The position numbers were made by a program, and so were the translations under genes. Below, piece by piece: positions 10,312 through 20,787 of a stretch of 64,000 bases of DNA; position 1 is the first letter of the stretch; every line of letters begins with the position of its first letter. The notes under the pieces are model-generated. The model was not told the origin of the DNA and did no database searches. It was given only the letters and a program-made list of their open reading frames with translations. The DNA is from Escherichia phage kaset. The stretch lies in the sequence record PV245935.1; one strand, given 5' to 3'.

Positions 10312-10776
10312 ATGCCAAAATATATCGTTTCAACTATGTCTATGTCAGTCAACTACACTTTCTATACTGAAGTGAAAGAAAACCCGAACGCAAAAGCTGG
10401 TTCAGGCGCTCTTCCAAATATTCGCAAACAGATTCTGATTAAGGGCGGCGCTGGCCTTACTTCGGCAACCTCCGGCTTTGGTGAAATGGCAAAAGGCGCT
10501 GATGGTGCACCTTTGTGGACTCCTGAAGGAATCGTCACCGTTGTAAGCGATGCTGATTTTGAACATCTAAAAGATCATCACGTATTCAAGCAACACCTTG
10601 AAAAAGGTCTGGTTAAAGTCGTAAATCACGACATTGTTGGCAATCACAAAGCTGTCGCTAAAGAAGTGCGCGGCATGTCAGATGACCCGTTCGCACCTAT
10701 GACGCGTGAGACGGCTGACAAGCGCATCAAGGTTAAATTGAGCGGCGACCAAGAAGATGATTTGTTCCGCGTTTAA
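10312..10776 (+). CDS. hypothetical structural protein
   Basis: 154 aa ORF downstream of capsid gene. Confidence 0.45.
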   Translation: MPKYIVSTMSMSVNYTFYTEVKENPNAKAGSGALPNIRKQILIKGGAGLTSATSGFGEMAKGADGAPLWTPEGIVTVVSDADFEHLKDHHVFKQHLEKGLVKVVNHDIVGNHKAVAKEVRGMSDDPFAPMTRETADKRIKVKLSGDQEDDLFRV

Positions 10777-10790
10777 ATAAGGTGAATGCC

Positions 10791-11246
10791 ATGTCATTAG
10801 ATTACGAAAAGTTCAGAATAAAATTTCCACAGTTTGCTGATCAGGTCAAATTCCCTGACACAACGCTTCAAGTATTCTATGACATGGCATGTGAATTTAT
10901 TGAATCACAAGACAGTCCTTGTCGTGTTTTAAATGGCAGTAAATTGGAGCTGGCATTGGAATATATGACGGCTCATCTTTTATGCATAGCCGCAGACCAA
11001 CAGGTGTCTGTGTCTTCTGGTGACGGAGTTGAACAAGGCGGTTTCGTGACTGGTGCAACAATCGGTGACATCACCGTGAATAAAGTAGCGCCGCCTGCGA
11101 GTGATGGTTGGGAATACTGGCTGTCAAGCACTCCTTATGGCATGGCGTTGTGGGCGCTTCTTCAAGCACTGGCCGTTGGCGGCTTGTCATTCGGTGGGCT
11201 TCCAGAGCGCGAAGGATTTCGTAAAATTGGTGGGGTATTCTGGTGA
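10791..11246 (+). CDS. hypothetical head-tail connector region protein
   Basis: ORF with AAGGTGA RBS; in head-tail joining gene block. Confidence 0.45.
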   Translation: MSLDYEKFRIKFPQFADQVKFPDTTLQVFYDMACEFIESQDSPCRVLNGSKLELALEYMTAHLLCIAADQQVSVSSGDGVEQGGFVTGATIGDITVNKVAPPASDGWEYWLSSTPYGMALWALLQALAVGGLSFGGLPEREGFRKIGGVFW

Positions 11247-11629
11247 GGATTCCTGGCGTAAACTTATATCGAGTTGCGACAAAGGTCATCGGTCGCCAAC
11301 CGATTCAATATTACATGTACAAGGGGCGCACTCTTGATAAAATGCGCAACTACGTTACAACTTATGAAGAACCAATCACGCTACTTGCTTCGGTGCAGGC
11401 TGTTCTTCGAAATCAATACGTCGAGCTTGGATTAGAGCTTCAAAAGAACTATGTCAAAATCTGGGTAGACAAAGACATTGTTGACCTTGACCGCGATGCT
11501 TCCGGCGACTATTTTGTGTTTGGTGGGAAAAAGTATAAAATGGAAGATGAAACGACATGGTTTGACCAAGATGGTTGGACGTCTTGCCTTGCCGTGGAAG
11601 TAAAACAAAGCTTTCCAGTGTCTACTTGA
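11243..11629 (+). CDS. hypothetical head-tail connector region protein
   Basis: 128 aa; GTG start overlapping upstream stop. Confidence 0.4.
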   Translation: MRIPGVNLYRVATKVIGRQPIQYYMYKGRTLDKMRNYVTTYEEPITLLASVQAVLRNQYVELGLELQKNYVKIWVDKDIVDLDRDASGDYFVFGGKKYKMEDETTWFDQDGWTSCLAVEVKQSFPVST

Positions 11630-11636
11630 GGTGTAT

Positions 11637-12212
11637 ATGACAGATGTCGACCTGATTGACATGCTGGCAACGCGAATTGAAGAAGGTCTGGCGGCGTATA
11701 GTCGTGCAGACCTTTCTGCTGTTCCGGTCCAGAAAAAGTATCAACCGACTCAACAGGGCATTCCGACTGGTGATCAAATTTGGTTTAACCTTTTATTCTC
11801 AGTTCCTTTTGGATGGTCCATGAGGAAAAGTGAATTTGCCAATGATGAGTCTCAATTCGTAAACGGCAAATTTAAAGATATTGAAGATCAGATATACGCA
11901 ACACGTTTTCAAATCAGCGGCTTATTTCCAGAAGTTCCTGGCAATCCAGAAAAGCCTACTGCTAATGACGTGTTGACTTATTTGGCAAGATTCATAACTC
12001 ATAAAGCTAATCTGAGAGATTGGTTCAAAAAGCATCAGGCATCAGTATATCGAATCGACATGAATAATAATGAAAAGTTTTATGATGACATGTCACAATT
12101 CGAATCATTCCCTTCTTTTGATTTAGTAATACTTCACAGAAACGCAATTTCAATTGATACTCCTGCAGTGGCAAGAGCTGTTAATAATGATTTGGGTGAC
12201 GTTCCGGTGTAA
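11637..12212 (+). CDS. hypothetical protein
   Basis: ATG 11637 after GAGGTG RBS (ORF track GTG 11631). Confidence 0.4.
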   Translation: MTDVDLIDMLATRIEEGLAAYSRADLSAVPVQKKYQPTQQGIPTGDQIWFNLLFSVPFGWSMRKSEFANDESQFVNGKFKDIEDQIYATRFQISGLFPEVPGNPEKPTANDVLTYLARFITHKANLRDWFKKHQASVYRIDMNNNEKFYDDMSQFESFPSFDLVILHRNAISIDTPAVARAVNNDLGDVPV

Positions 12213-12213
12213 T

Positions 12214-12699
12214 ATGACAAAATCAAAAATGATAGAAAAACAGATTAAGGCACTTCAATCTATGAAGGGTCTTACTGTTGAGGCAGGATGGTTTGATTCT
12301 ACCAGATACCCTTCAGAAACTGGTGGAGAAGGCATGCTGGTGTCAGAAGTCGCGCGGCTTAACGAGTTTGGTCACATAGCCGTTTTGAACTTTGGACAAG
12401 GCCCAGTCAGGGTAGAAGTGCCACCCAGACCATTCATGAGATATGCCTATGAATTATTCGTTAGTGAGCGCAGTGAAATAGAGAATAAAATTGCTAAAAA
12501 GATTTTTTCCGGTAAAATAGACGCTAGACAGGCATTGGGTCAAATTGGGCTTGCGATGGAAGCAAAGATTGTCGAATCAATTAAAAACGGACCGTGGCAA
12601 CCAAACGCCAGATATACTGTACGTGTGAAGGGATTCGACAAGCCTTTGATTCACACTAGCCTCATGTGGCAATCTGTCAGCAGCCAAGTCATTAAATAA
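12214..12699 (+). CDS. hypothetical protein (possible virion morphogenesis / tail completion)
   Basis: internal ATG of ORF 12154-12699 right after upstream stop; position before putative sheath. Confidence 0.4.
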   Translation: MTKSKMIEKQIKALQSMKGLTVEAGWFDSTRYPSETGGEGMLVSEVARLNEFGHIAVLNFGQGPVRVEVPPRPFMRYAYELFVSERSEIENKIAKKIFSGKIDARQALGQIGLAMEAKIVESIKNGPWQPNARYTVRVKGFDKPLIHTSLMWQSVSSQVIK

Positions 12700-12711
12700 G
12701 AGGACACCGAC

Positions 12712-14250
12712 GTGATCAGTCAATCTCGTTATATTAAAATTGTATCAGGGGTCGGAGCAGGCGCGGCTGTTGCAGTTCGCAAACTGTCGCTTCGCGTCAT
12801 GACTTCTAATACAGTTCTGCCGCCAGGCATTGTAGCAGAATTTTCAACGGCTGATGCTGTTGGATCATATTTCGGTTATTCTTCCGAAGAATATAAGCGC
12901 GCAGCATTATATTTTGGATTCATCAGCAAGCAAATTAACTCGCCTGATTCAATCAGCTTCTCGCGTATTGTTTCAACTGCGATCCCAGCAATGGTCATCG
13001 GTGATACTGAGCCTAAAGTGCTTGCTACGTTTCAAGCATTCACTGGCGCTATCTTAAGCATCACTTATGATGGCACAGACTACCTGACTGACGCAATTAA
13101 CCTTTCAGCGGCAACAAGCCTGGCAAATGTGGCTGAACTTCTGGAAACGGCAATCAATACTAAATTTGCAGCAGAAGGTGGCACGTCGGTGCCTGCACTT
13201 GCTGATGCAGAAGTGTATTGGAACGCTAATACTCAGCAGTTCACGCTGGAAGCAGCGCCGTCGACCGCTGGTGCAGGCAATCTGTCTATCAACGTCACAG
13301 GCCAACCGACCGACCCGTCTCAGGCATTGGGTTGGACCACCACTGGCACCGTAACCGTTGCAGGCCAGGGCGTTTCAAGTCCGGTAGAAGCCATCGCGGC
13401 ATCTGTGGAAATCTCCAACAACTTTGGCTCATTCCTTTTTGCTGGGGCTGACCGAACTCTGGAAGAAATTACCGCTGTGGCAGCGTGGACTCATTCGCAG
13501 AATAATATGTACATGTATTTATTCTCGACTTCGTTCGCTAATATCGGGTCATACTACACCGCTCTGAAAGGGTACTCAGGCGTTGGCATGATGATTCGCG
13601 CAACTAACCTTGCCAACGATTACATCGACCAAGCACCTGCTGAAATCCTCGCGGCAACAAACTATAATACTGTGAATGCGACTCAAAACTACATGTATTA
13701 TCAGTTTGATACTCGCAACGTGACTGTTTCAACTGACTCTCGCGCAGATACTGCTGATCAAAACCGTGCGAACTACATCGGTGCTACTCAGCAGGCCGGA
13801 CAAACCTTGGCATTCTTCCAGCGCGGCGTATTGATGGGCGGGTCAACAGCAGCAGTTGATATGAACACTTATGCCAACGAAATGTGGCTCAAGTCTGCTA
13901 TTACATCTCAGCTGTTCAGCATGTTCTTGAATCTTGGTCGCGTCCCTGCTAACGAAGAAGGGAAAGCGACTGTGCAAGCCATGATTCAGGTTGCTGTGGA
14001 TAACGCAAAAGTGAACGGCACCATCTCTGTTGGCAAGGCGCTGACTGAGATTCAGAAACAATACATCACGCAAACTTCCGGTGACAACACTGCTTGGCGG
14101 CAGGTTGAAACTATCGGTTACTGGCTGACTGTAGATTTTGATACTGAAACCACTTCCGATGGGCGCACCGAATACTATGCAACATACACGCTAATCTACT
14201 CTAAAGATGATGCTGTGCGTCGCGTTGAAGGTCGTGACGTTCTTATCTAA
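12712..14250 (+). CDS. putative tail sheath protein
   Basis: 512 aa, GTG start with AGAGGA RBS; followed by small tube-like paralogs and a short tape measure, consistent with a contractile tail. Confidence 0.4.
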   Translation: MISQSRYIKIVSGVGAGAAVAVRKLSLRVMTSNTVLPPGIVAEFSTADAVGSYFGYSSEEYKRAALYFGFISKQINSPDSISFSRIVSTAIPAMVIGDTEPKVLATFQAFTGAILSITYDGTDYLTDAINLSAATSLANVAELLETAINTKFAAEGGTSVPALADAEVYWNANTQQFTLEAAPSTAGAGNLSINVTGQPTDPSQALGWTTTGTVTVAGQGVSSPVEAIAASVEISNNFGSFLFAGADRTLEEITAVAAWTHSQNNMYMYLFSTSFANIGSYYTALKGYSGVGMMIRATNLANDYIDQAPAEILAATNYNTVNATQNYMYYQFDTRNVTVSTDSRADTADQNRANYIGATQQAGQTLAFFQRGVLMGGSTAAVDMNTYANEMWLKSAITSQLFSMFLNLGRVPANEEGKATVQAMIQVAVDNAKVNGTISVGKALTEIQKQYITQTSGDNTAWRQVETIGYWLTVDFDTETTSDGRTEYYATYTLIYSKDDAVRRVEGRDVLI

Positions 14251-14256
14251 ATAATT

Positions 14257-14274
14257 GCCGCCGTAACTGGCGGC
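14257..14274 (+). other. stem-loop between putative sheath and tube genes
   Basis: GCCGCC-gtaact-GGCGGC perfect 6-bp stem; no T-tract, so attenuator or RNA-stability element rather than a classical terminator. Confidence 0.3.
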
Positions 14275-14297
14275 CATCTCTCTGAGAGGAATCTGTA

Positions 14298-14765
14298 ATG
14301 ATTAACGTTTCCGGTTTTGGCGCTTCGATTCGTTTAGTGGCATCAAACACTTTTCCAAATGGTGTAACTCTTTCTGATTTCGCAGATGATGCTGATCCGA
14401 TTGACGCGCCTGATCTTCAAATCTCTGAAGCAGCAATGGGATTGAACGGTGACCTGGTAGTATGGAACCGTGCCAACCCTCTTGAAGTAGGCGTCAACAT
14501 CATCCCTACTTCTGAAAGCGATGTGAACTTAGATGTTCTGGCAGCGGCTAACCGTGTAGGCAAGCGAAAGAACTCTGCGAAAGACGTGATCACCCTTATT
14601 CTGACCTACCCTTCTGGCATGGTCATTACACTGAACAAGGGCACTTTGACGACTGGCTCAGTAATTCCTGGCATCCAGTCTCAGGGTCGTGTAAAAACAC
14701 GTCAATATCGCTTTAAGTTTGAGAACGTAGTCAAAACTGGCGTGAGCAACCAAGAGATTTTATAA
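14298..14765 (+). CDS. putative tail tube protein
   Basis: 155 aa; N-terminus MINVSGFGASIRLVA paralogous to MVNISGFGTSIRIVA of ORF 15716-16213. Confidence 0.45.
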   Translation: MINVSGFGASIRLVASNTFPNGVTLSDFADDADPIDAPDLQISEAAMGLNGDLVVWNRANPLEVGVNIIPTSESDVNLDVLAAANRVGKRKNSAKDVITLILTYPSGMVITLNKGTLTTGSVIPGIQSQGRVKTRQYRFKFENVVKTGVSNQEIL

Positions 14766-15094
14766 TGTATCAAATACCACTTGACAGCGTACCTAACCAG
14801 AATATCAGCTTTAACGTTGACGGTGCTTATTGGCAGCTGCACATATTCGCCGCAATTGAGCACATGTGCGCAGATGTTTACCGCAATGGCGAATTGTTGA
14901 TTCAGGGGGTACGTTGTTTTGGTGGTATACCAATGGTGCCTTATAAATATCTCATGATTGGGTACGGCAATTTTATTTTTGACAGCACACCCGATTATGA
15001 GAATTTTAACTCTGGCGGCTGTAATTTATATTACATGTCAGAATCTGAGTTGGCTGAATTCCAGAAAACTGCTGAAGCGGAGTTTGCAATTTGA
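14765..15094 (+). CDS. hypothetical protein
   Basis: 109 aa; ATG overlaps upstream TAA. Confidence 0.4.
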   Translation: MYQIPLDSVPNQNISFNVDGAYWQLHIFAAIEHMCADVYRNGELLIQGVRCFGGIPMVPYKYLMIGYGNFIFDSTPDYENFNSGGCNLYYMSESELAEFQKTAEAEFAI

Positions 15095-15447
15095 CAACTC
15101 TAACGATTGAAGTTAATGATAACAACGACCTGTTTCTGCCTGATGGAAGAAATTTGAATATTCTGTCAGGAGAAAAGGCCATGGTACAAGTTATCAAGGC
15201 GGCGCATCAAATGCGACTTGGTGAAGACTTGTACGATGTTGAAAACGGAGTCGATTATTTAGGCACTGTTTTCAAATCGCCCGTTGATGAAGACGGTGCG
15301 AGAAAGTCGATTGCAGATGCTATTCTGAAGAAAGCAGACGTTGCCGGAATCGACTCATTGACTGTCACCATCCAAAACGGTATTCTTGGATTCACCGCTG
15401 AAGTGGTGACTATTTATGGCGAACGTATAAAGGTGAGTAATCAATAA
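15091..15447 (+). CDS. hypothetical protein
   Basis: 118 aa; non-ATG (TTG) start per ORF track. Confidence 0.35.
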   Translation: MTTLTIEVNDNNDLFLPDGRNLNILSGEKAMVQVIKAAHQMRLGEDLYDVENGVDYLGTVFKSPVDEDGARKSIADAILKKADVAGIDSLTVTIQNGILGFTAEVVTIYGERIKVSNQ

Positions 15448-15713
15448 TGGCACAAGTAATTCATTTTGCTAATGGCGTCATGAAATTTGGCGAAAAATTT
15501 GAAGACGCATCTGAATTATTTAACAAGACTTCAAAGCCTGTTGCGGAGAAGAAAGAACAGGTCGAAGAGAAGACATTAGAGTCGAAAGTTGATTTTGATT
15601 CAATGAGTGTCTCTGAATTGAAGGCTTATGCAAAGGAACATGAGATTGACATCAAAGGTCTTTCTTATAAGGATGAAATTCTTGCGGCAGTTAAATCTGC
15701 ATCTGCGGAGTAA
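15447..15713 (+). CDS. hypothetical protein with HeH-like motif
   Basis: 88 aa; C-terminal SVSELKAYAKEHEIDIKGL resembles Rho-N/HeH motif. Confidence 0.4.
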   Translation: MAQVIHFANGVMKFGEKFEDASELFNKTSKPVAEKKEQVEEKTLESKVDFDSMSVSELKAYAKEHEIDIKGLSYKDEILAAVKSASAE

Positions 15714-15715
15714 AC

Positions 15716-16213
15716 ATGGTCAATATTAGTGGATTTGGCACAAGCATTAGAATTGTCGCTCTCCAATCTTTTCCTGTTGGGCTGAACATCAGTTCTTTGT
15801 CTGATGACCAGGATTCGCTAATTATTGAGGAAGTTGAATCAGTAGGCTATCAACTTACTTATGACGGCGGCATTTGTATTTACGACAAGGCCGCCGTCGT
15901 TCGCGTATCCATTTCGGTGATCCCAAACACTGAAGACGACATAAACCTAAAGCTTTTGCTTTCCGCTCGTAAAGGCGGATTCAAGTGGCTTCCTATACAG
16001 GATGTCACGTCAATGCTTATTACATATCCTGATGGCGGCAGAGTGGCATTTTCAAACGGAACCATCATCAGCGGTCCGCTTGGCGACTCCATTGAGCAAT
16101 CCGGTCGTCGTAAGACAAACAGATACACATTCGTGTTTGCCAGCTACGGCGGCGCACAGAGCACATCGCAAATTGCAAAAGGCGTGGTGCAGAGCATATT
16201 GGGGTCAATTTAA
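15716..16213 (+). CDS. putative tail tube protein (paralog of 14298-14765)
   Basis: 165 aa; shared N-terminal motif and similar length. Confidence 0.45.
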   Translation: MVNISGFGTSIRIVALQSFPVGLNISSLSDDQDSLIIEEVESVGYQLTYDGGICIYDKAAVVRVSISVIPNTEDDINLKLLLSARKGGFKWLPIQDVTSMLITYPDGGRVAFSNGTIISGPLGDSIEQSGRRKTNRYTFVFASYGGAQSTSQIAKGVVQSILGSI

Positions 16214-16746
16214 TGGCTATCGATTTATTGTCATATAGTCTTTCCAACAGAAGCTTCACAATAAGAAGCTTCAACCTTGGGGAAGTGTCAACGCTTGGTT
16301 GGGCAATTGTTAACGTTAAAATAAGACTCCAAGCAAAGATATTCAAGAACCAAAGGGAAGATGGAAGCTATATTGTCGATGGCAGAGTCAAAATGCCTAG
16401 AATATTGACTGTGACTGTAATAGCACAGACAAAAAGCGCATCCGACGCAATCGCAAAGATGTTGCAGAACAGGTCCACGATATACACAATAAATTCTCGT
16501 GGGCTAATATTTGAACGTATGGTGCTGCAAAATAACAATTTCAGCCAAGACGCTGACAATATAACTTCACAACCCATACAACTGGTCTTCCATGAGATAT
16601 TAACACAGCAGGACGTGTCTATTCAAACAGCGCAAGCAGCCGACTCCACTGTCATTGAGCGCGGCATCGCTTATATAAAAGAGACTACTGCCAGCGTCAC
16701 TGGCGTTGCAACAAAGGTGATGAATGGCATCAAGGGGATGTTCTGA
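16213..16746 (+). CDS. hypothetical tail protein
   Basis: 177 aa; stop-start overlap with neighbours. Confidence 0.4.
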   Translation: MAIDLLSYSLSNRSFTIRSFNLGEVSTLGWAIVNVKIRLQAKIFKNQREDGSYIVDGRVKMPRILTVTVIAQTKSASDAIAKMLQNRSTIYTINSRGLIFERMVLQNNNFSQDADNITSQPIQLVFHEILTQQDVSIQTAQAADSTVIERGIAYIKETTASVTGVATKVMNGIKGMF

Positions 16747-17306
16747 TGGACTTTGTTTCGATTCTGCTTTCTGGTCAATCTCTGACCATAACGAATGAGT
16801 CGACAGGGCTTCCTGTCTGGACAAGGCTTTCTCCAGTGTCTGCAGAAATAACATCACCAGCAGAAACTACTCAATTTCCACTTGCTGGAACGGCGATGCA
16901 GGTGGTGGAAGTATCAAGCACATCCTCAGTAAGCAATTTACAGGCGGCAAAAGTAATAATGCCAGCGCACATGGCGCTAAACGTAATTTGCAACGACCAA
17001 TCGACTATTGAAAACATAATTAATACATTCGACAATGATGAAGTCACATTTTCGATAACTTCTCGAAGCATAATTGCAAGCAAAATGTCGATGTCTGATG
17101 TCGAAATAACTCAGTCAGAAGAAAACCTGAATGGAGTCTCAATTGTAATAACATTTGAACAGACGTCATTTAGTATTCAAGGAAGCTTTGACCCTAAACA
17201 GTCCGCAGATGAATCGTCAAATGGCGTGGCTATTAAAGAGCCAGTCAGTTTGACTACAACTGTGAGTTCGTTATATAATAAAATAAAATCAACAGTAGGA
17301 ATATAA
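16746..17306 (+). CDS. hypothetical tail protein
   Basis: 186 aa, Ser/Thr-rich. Confidence 0.4.
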   Translation: MDFVSILLSGQSLTITNESTGLPVWTRLSPVSAEITSPAETTQFPLAGTAMQVVEVSSTSSVSNLQAAKVIMPAHMALNVICNDQSTIENIINTFDNDEVTFSITSRSIIASKMSMSDVEITQSEENLNGVSIVITFEQTSFSIQGSFDPKQSADESSNGVAIKEPVSLTTTVSSLYNKIKSTVGI

Positions 17307-17307
17307 A

Positions 17308-17724
17308 ATGAAGATCACCAATAAACAAACTGGTCGCAAAGTAGAAATTAAAATCAGCAAAATGACTGCGATGGAAGGTTGGAACATACAGCGACGATTC
17401 ATCGAATTTGCGATGTCAAAAGACCCTGCCTTTCGTTCAGAATATACAATGGAAGTATTAAGCTTTGCGAAGGTTGAACTTGATGTCGGGCAAGAAATTC
17501 CTCTGAGCACTGGCGCACTTATTGACAACCATCTTGGCGACTGGGAAAACTTGAAATTGGTTTTCGAAGCGGTGTTGATGGAAAACGGAATCAACCCAGA
17601 GACTCACGCTGAACGTGAAGGATACTGGGAACAAGCTGGCGGCGAAATGGCTGCAGCATTTATTGGCGAATCGATGCGATTAATCGCGCCATTCCTCAGC
17701 GGCGAGACTCCAAACAAGGGGTAA
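17308..17724 (+). CDS. putative tail assembly chaperone
   Basis: 138 aa acidic protein immediately upstream of tape measure gene. Confidence 0.35.
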   Translation: MKITNKQTGRKVEIKISKMTAMEGWNIQRRFIEFAMSKDPAFRSEYTMEVLSFAKVELDVGQEIPLSTGALIDNHLGDWENLKLVFEAVLMENGINPETHAEREGYWEQAGGEMAAAFIGESMRLIAPFLSGETPNKG

Positions 17725-17727
17725 ACT

Positions 17728-19908
17728 GTGTCTGACTCATTAGAAAAATTTGTTCTTCAATATACGGTGGACTTGAAAGAGTCCATCAATCGTCTTGAGC
17801 AATTGCAAGATAAGGTTGATCAGACAAACAAAAAGGCAAAGTCCGCTGGTAAAGACTTCACCGGAGCATTCAAAGATGTATTTGGTGAGTTGAAGCCTCT
17901 CACAGCTGAACTGGGGTCTATTGACGGAATCCTTGCGCGGCTTACTTATCGCTTTGCCGCGCTCGTTCCTGTTGTCGCAGGATTGGCTGTTGTAGTTAAA
18001 TCAATCGTTGATGTTCGAAAAGAATATGAAGCGCAAAGGAAGCTTGGATTTGAAGCAGGACTTTCACCAATCGGAGTGGAGCAACTACAGCGACAATTGA
18101 ATGAAAGTTCAGGCGGCATCCTTGGTGCGCAGGGATCAAGGGATTTGATCAGCAAGGCTTCTAATCTCGCATTCAACGCATACACCAACCCCGATGTGAT
18201 GAACAAGGACAACTTGCTGCTGAACAAGATGGGGACCAGTCCTTTCAACAGTAACGGCGGCATCAAAGACACAAACCAGCTGCTTGATGAAATTGGCACA
18301 AAGCTGAGAAGTGTGAATGAGCAGACCGCTCGTGCTATTGGTGCTCTGGCAGGTTTTACCGCCGATGAAGTCCGTGCGCTTCGTGAGCGAAATCAATCAG
18401 TCAAAGAAAGTACCCGTATAAGCGACGAAGAAACCGCGAAGCTGCAAAGACAGCAGGCCGCGCTTGAAACGATACGAAACAGCATGGGCCAAATTCAAGA
18501 AGACTGGCGACGCATTGAACTGGTAATCGGTGAAAACGTGATGCCTGCATTCTCGACGCTTGTCAGCAAAACCGCCGATACAGTCGAAGGATTCCAGATG
18601 ATGTTCCAAAGAATGTCTGATGGATGGTCCGAATTTGTCGACAATTTCATTGCTGACTTGAAGCACCCGTTTGATAAACAGGCGGCTGTCAACGAGCGCC
18701 ACGAGCGTGCCGTTGATAGATGGATCACACAGATGGCAGACGGTGATGTGAAACGTCAGAGGAACCAGGAGCAAAACGCGGCTGAACAACGTTCTGCGCA
18801 AGCACTTTTCACTCGCGATATAAACCTGTTTTCAAGCGCCGTTTCAACCTTTGCTGGTGTTATTGATGAGCGACAAGCGTGGGCTGCATGGGCTGGTGAG
18901 ATAGGACGAAGCGCAGGTCAATCCGCAATGCCTGGCACGCCAGCACTAAGCACTGGTGCGACCGTAGGCAACAACTTGGGGTCAGGCAATCCGACTGCAT
19001 ATGACTCAATCTATGAGGAAGCCTCCAAGCGTTATGGAATCCCTGTTGCGATGATGAAGGCCGTCACAGAAGTTGAATCCGGATTCAACCCTAATGCTGT
19101 GAGCGGAGCAGGCGCAACCGGATTGATGCAAATAATGCCTTCCAACTTCAAAGGTCTTGGAATCACGGACGGTAACGACCCAAGACAAAACATTATGGGA
19201 GGCGCTCAACTTCTCAAGGAATATTTAACTGCTGCCAATGGCGATTGGAATCTTGCTCTGACGATGTATCACGGCGGATACGACCGCAGCGGATGGGGGA
19301 AGAACACACGTGCATATCCTGGCAAGGTCATGGCTGCTCTCGACCGACAGGCGAATGGAGAATACGCCACAGGAGCGCCGCAAGGTGCACCAGTAACTCC
19401 AGTCCTTAGCGGTAGCGGAGCAGAAGCGCCGAAAGGCAGTTACGCACCAGTACAAGGCCAATCCCGCCAAACGGTGCAATACAGACAGTTGCAAGAAGCC
19501 ATTGCAGGATACCTAAATGTGCCAGTTGAGCAGTTGATGCAAGGGCAAGTTAACAAAGGCGATATTGACTTTGCTCAAACTTACCTTAAACTTGGAACGC
19601 AAAGGGATTATATTAAAAACATGCAGCTGGCTTCAACTCCAGGCGTAAGACCGAACATTCAGGCCGAAGCGATGAAGAATGCTCGTCTTGCGGCATTCCA
19701 GCTTGAGGCATTCCAGAAATACGGCAGCGACCTTTCCGCTAATAGTCGACCTGGTGGGCGTGATATTACTATGGGTCAGAAAAACGTTGTCATCAACGTC
19801 AACGGCGCTCAAGACCCAAGAAGCACGGCATTCGAAACAAAACGAGTGCTTGAACAAGATGATATCAATGACATAAACAACCTTACTGCTACACCTTTGA
19901 AGTGGTGA
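17728..19908 (+). CDS. tail tape measure protein with C-terminal lytic transglycosylase (SLT) domain
   Basis: 726 aa, GTG start; coiled-coil N-terminal part; C-terminal motif MMKAVTEVESGFNPNAVSGAGATGLMQIMPSNF matches the SLT catalytic region. Confidence 0.75.
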   Translation: MSDSLEKFVLQYTVDLKESINRLEQLQDKVDQTNKKAKSAGKDFTGAFKDVFGELKPLTAELGSIDGILARLTYRFAALVPVVAGLAVVVKSIVDVRKEYEAQRKLGFEAGLSPIGVEQLQRQLNESSGGILGAQGSRDLISKASNLAFNAYTNPDVMNKDNLLLNKMGTSPFNSNGGIKDTNQLLDEIGTKLRSVNEQTARAIGALAGFTADEVRALRERNQSVKESTRISDEETAKLQRQQAALETIRNSMGQIQEDWRRIELVIGENVMPAFSTLVSKTADTVEGFQMMFQRMSDGWSEFVDNFIADLKHPFDKQAAVNERHERAVDRWITQMADGDVKRQRNQEQNAAEQRSAQALFTRDINLFSSAVSTFAGVIDERQAWAAWAGEIGRSAGQSAMPGTPALSTGATVGNNLGSGNPTAYDSIYEEASKRYGIPVAMMKAVTEVESGFNPNAVSGAGATGLMQIMPSNFKGLGITDGNDPRQNIMGGAQLLKEYLTAANGDWNLALTMYHGGYDRSGWGKNTRAYPGKVMAALDRQANGEYATGAPQGAPVTPVLSGSGAEAPKGSYAPVQGQSRQTVQYRQLQEAIAGYLNVPVEQLMQGQVNKGDIDFAQTYLKLGTQRDYIKNMQLASTPGVRPNIQAEAMKNARLAAFQLEAFQKYGSDLSANSRPGGRDITMGQKNVVINVNGAQDPRSTAFETKRVLEQDDINDINNLTATPLKW

Positions 19909-19912
19909 TAAT

Positions 19913-20785
19913 TTGAAAAAGAGAATCCTTAAAGTCACCTTATCCATGCCGGATGGCACAAGCCAAGTGCTTGATGAAGGGTTGATGCTTAGATGCCGAA
20001 TCAAAAAGGCAGCACTTTCCGTTCAGAATAAGGCCACGATTGAAGTTGCAGGATTGACAGGGTACTTGAGAGAGTACCTGCTTTCTAACTTCACGGCATT
20101 CAACAAACGTCTGCGCGACCAAGGCCAGCTGGCGGCGAACTACGTCAACGTGACTATTGAAGCTGGATACAGAGAGGGGAGCGTAATCAGCAGCAACTTG
20201 GTATACAAGGGACAGGTGACGACGGTGGAGATAACAGCGCCGCCGCCGAATATCGTCATCAGAATCACGTGTTATACAAACCAAATAAACAGAACTAAGT
20301 TCATAACTCAAGCCGCGCCATCCAACCCGACTTTCAAAGAGTTTGTGGAATGGTCTGCAAAACAAATGGACATCGACACTGTTATTTGCGACACGTCGAT
20401 TAATAATCAGCGCCTTGTGAATCCAGGAAGAACGACATATGTTGCTGCTGCGCTGCTGCTTGAGATCCAGAACTATCAACGCAACTCAATCGCGGCATAC
20501 ATTGATGACGATACGTTAATTGTTAAGGATAAAGACAAAATTCTAAATCCAGACCAGATTACAGTCATTGAGGAATTTGTCGGAATACCGATGTGGAACG
20601 AGTGGGGTGCAGACTTCACTTGTATGTATAACGCAGATTTGAAGCTTGCACAAGGTGTTAAATTCAAATCAGTCTTAAACCCAAGCTTGAACGACACCAC
20701 ATTTGTCATCATGCAACTTGAATATGATTTAGCGAGTCGTGATGATATATTTACGGTGACGGGCGGCGTTGCACCATCGGCATAA
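19913..20785 (+). CDS. putative baseplate / distal tail protein
   Basis: 290 aa, immediately after tape measure. Confidence 0.4.
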   Translation: MKKRILKVTLSMPDGTSQVLDEGLMLRCRIKKAALSVQNKATIEVAGLTGYLREYLLSNFTAFNKRLRDQGQLAANYVNVTIEAGYREGSVISSNLVYKGQVTTVEITAPPPNIVIRITCYTNQINRTKFITQAAPSNPTFKEFVEWSAKQMDIDTVICDTSINNQRLVNPGRTTYVAAALLLEIQNYQRNSIAAYIDDDTLIVKDKDKILNPDQITVIEEFVGIPMWNEWGADFTCMYNADLKLAQGVKFKSVLNPSLNDTTFVIMQLEYDLASRDDIFTVTGGVAPSA

Positions 20786-20787
20786 AT